A stretch of 64,000 nt of DNA from Polymyxa betae A26-41 (lineage: Eukaryota; Protista; Endomyxa: Phytomyxea): positions 29,103 to 93,102 of the forward strand of contig RBZT01000127.1 of the NCBI GenBank assembly GCA_003693705.1. The letters run 5' to 3'. The notes under the pieces were generated by a model. The model searched no databases. It was not told the DNA's origin and was given only the letters and a program-made list of their open reading frames with translations. Positions 63,687 through 64,000 of this stretch are shown here, in pieces. The first letter of the stretch is position 1. The number at the start of each line of letters is the position of its first letter. Position numbers and translations under genes: made by a program.

Positions 63687-64000
63687 TCAGCGGTGTGAGC
63701 GGTACTTCTTTACGGCATATTCAACCTGCGCCGGTGTCAGTCGAACATCTCCTTCTTTCAAACGATAGGCGTCAATGTAGCGCTCTGATTTGCGAGCATA
63801 CCGGCGGATGCTCGCTATGGACACTGAATTTAAAGCCACTGGCACCATTGTCTGCAGTGTCTTCCACGAGTAATCGCAATGCTTACGAGTGTACGCCTTG
63901 CATGCTCCCCAAAACATTTCAATAAAATTAAACTCCGGATGGAATTTAGGATAAAAAATAATGCAATGTCCAGTGGCCTCAACAGTTTCGTTCAGCAAAG
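63687..64000 (-). mobile_element. Tc1/mariner-IS630-type DDE transposase C-terminus (continues beyond the window)
   Basis: [44 protein letters not shown]. Confidence 0.85.

Noticed and set aside
1-64000. CRISPR arrays, rRNA or tRNA genes, alternative genetic code
   Set aside because: No repeat-spacer arrays or RNA gene motifs seen; fragmented ORFs are explained by short GT-AG introns, and conserved genes translate with the standard code

Overview
Eukaryotic, gene-dense, moderately AT-rich window with very short GT-AG introns (about 45-65 nt) and intergenic gaps down to zero. Centriole and flagellar genes (CEP76, CFAP157, CFAP92-like) suggest a compact flagellated protist; a plasmodiophorid/Rhizaria origin is plausible but is inference only. 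Recognisable genes: rhomboid protease, Kish/TMEM167 (missed by the ORF track), RPL8, CRAL-TRIO protein, WDR74/NSA1, a ~9.3-kb multi-GAF coiled-coil gene, a KOW protein, an MBL-fold protein, CdsA-like, COQ3, SNU13, RPL28, REX4, CENP-C, VPS18, UFD1-like, PFDN3, a Cys-less tetraspanin, USB1, ZNF598, SMC4, POLD4, and a truncated Tc1/IS630-type transposase at the right end. Four things stand out. (1) A ~3.3-kb intronless island (24468-27760) of decayed virus/Polinton-like fragments: an SF1 helicase C-terminus fused to GIY-YIG and an AP2-like motif, a frameshifted RING gene and a second AP2-like motif, all around an intact 351-aa orphan ORF. (2) A giant tandem-GAF protein with no catalytic output domain. 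(3) A shared AGTCCG-N2-ACGGACT palindromic element upstream of ribosomal-protein and ribosome-biogenesis genes. (4) A perfect 20-bp hairpin in a divergent promoter. All assignments come from reading motifs by eye; no database searches were run, and exon boundaries are approximate.
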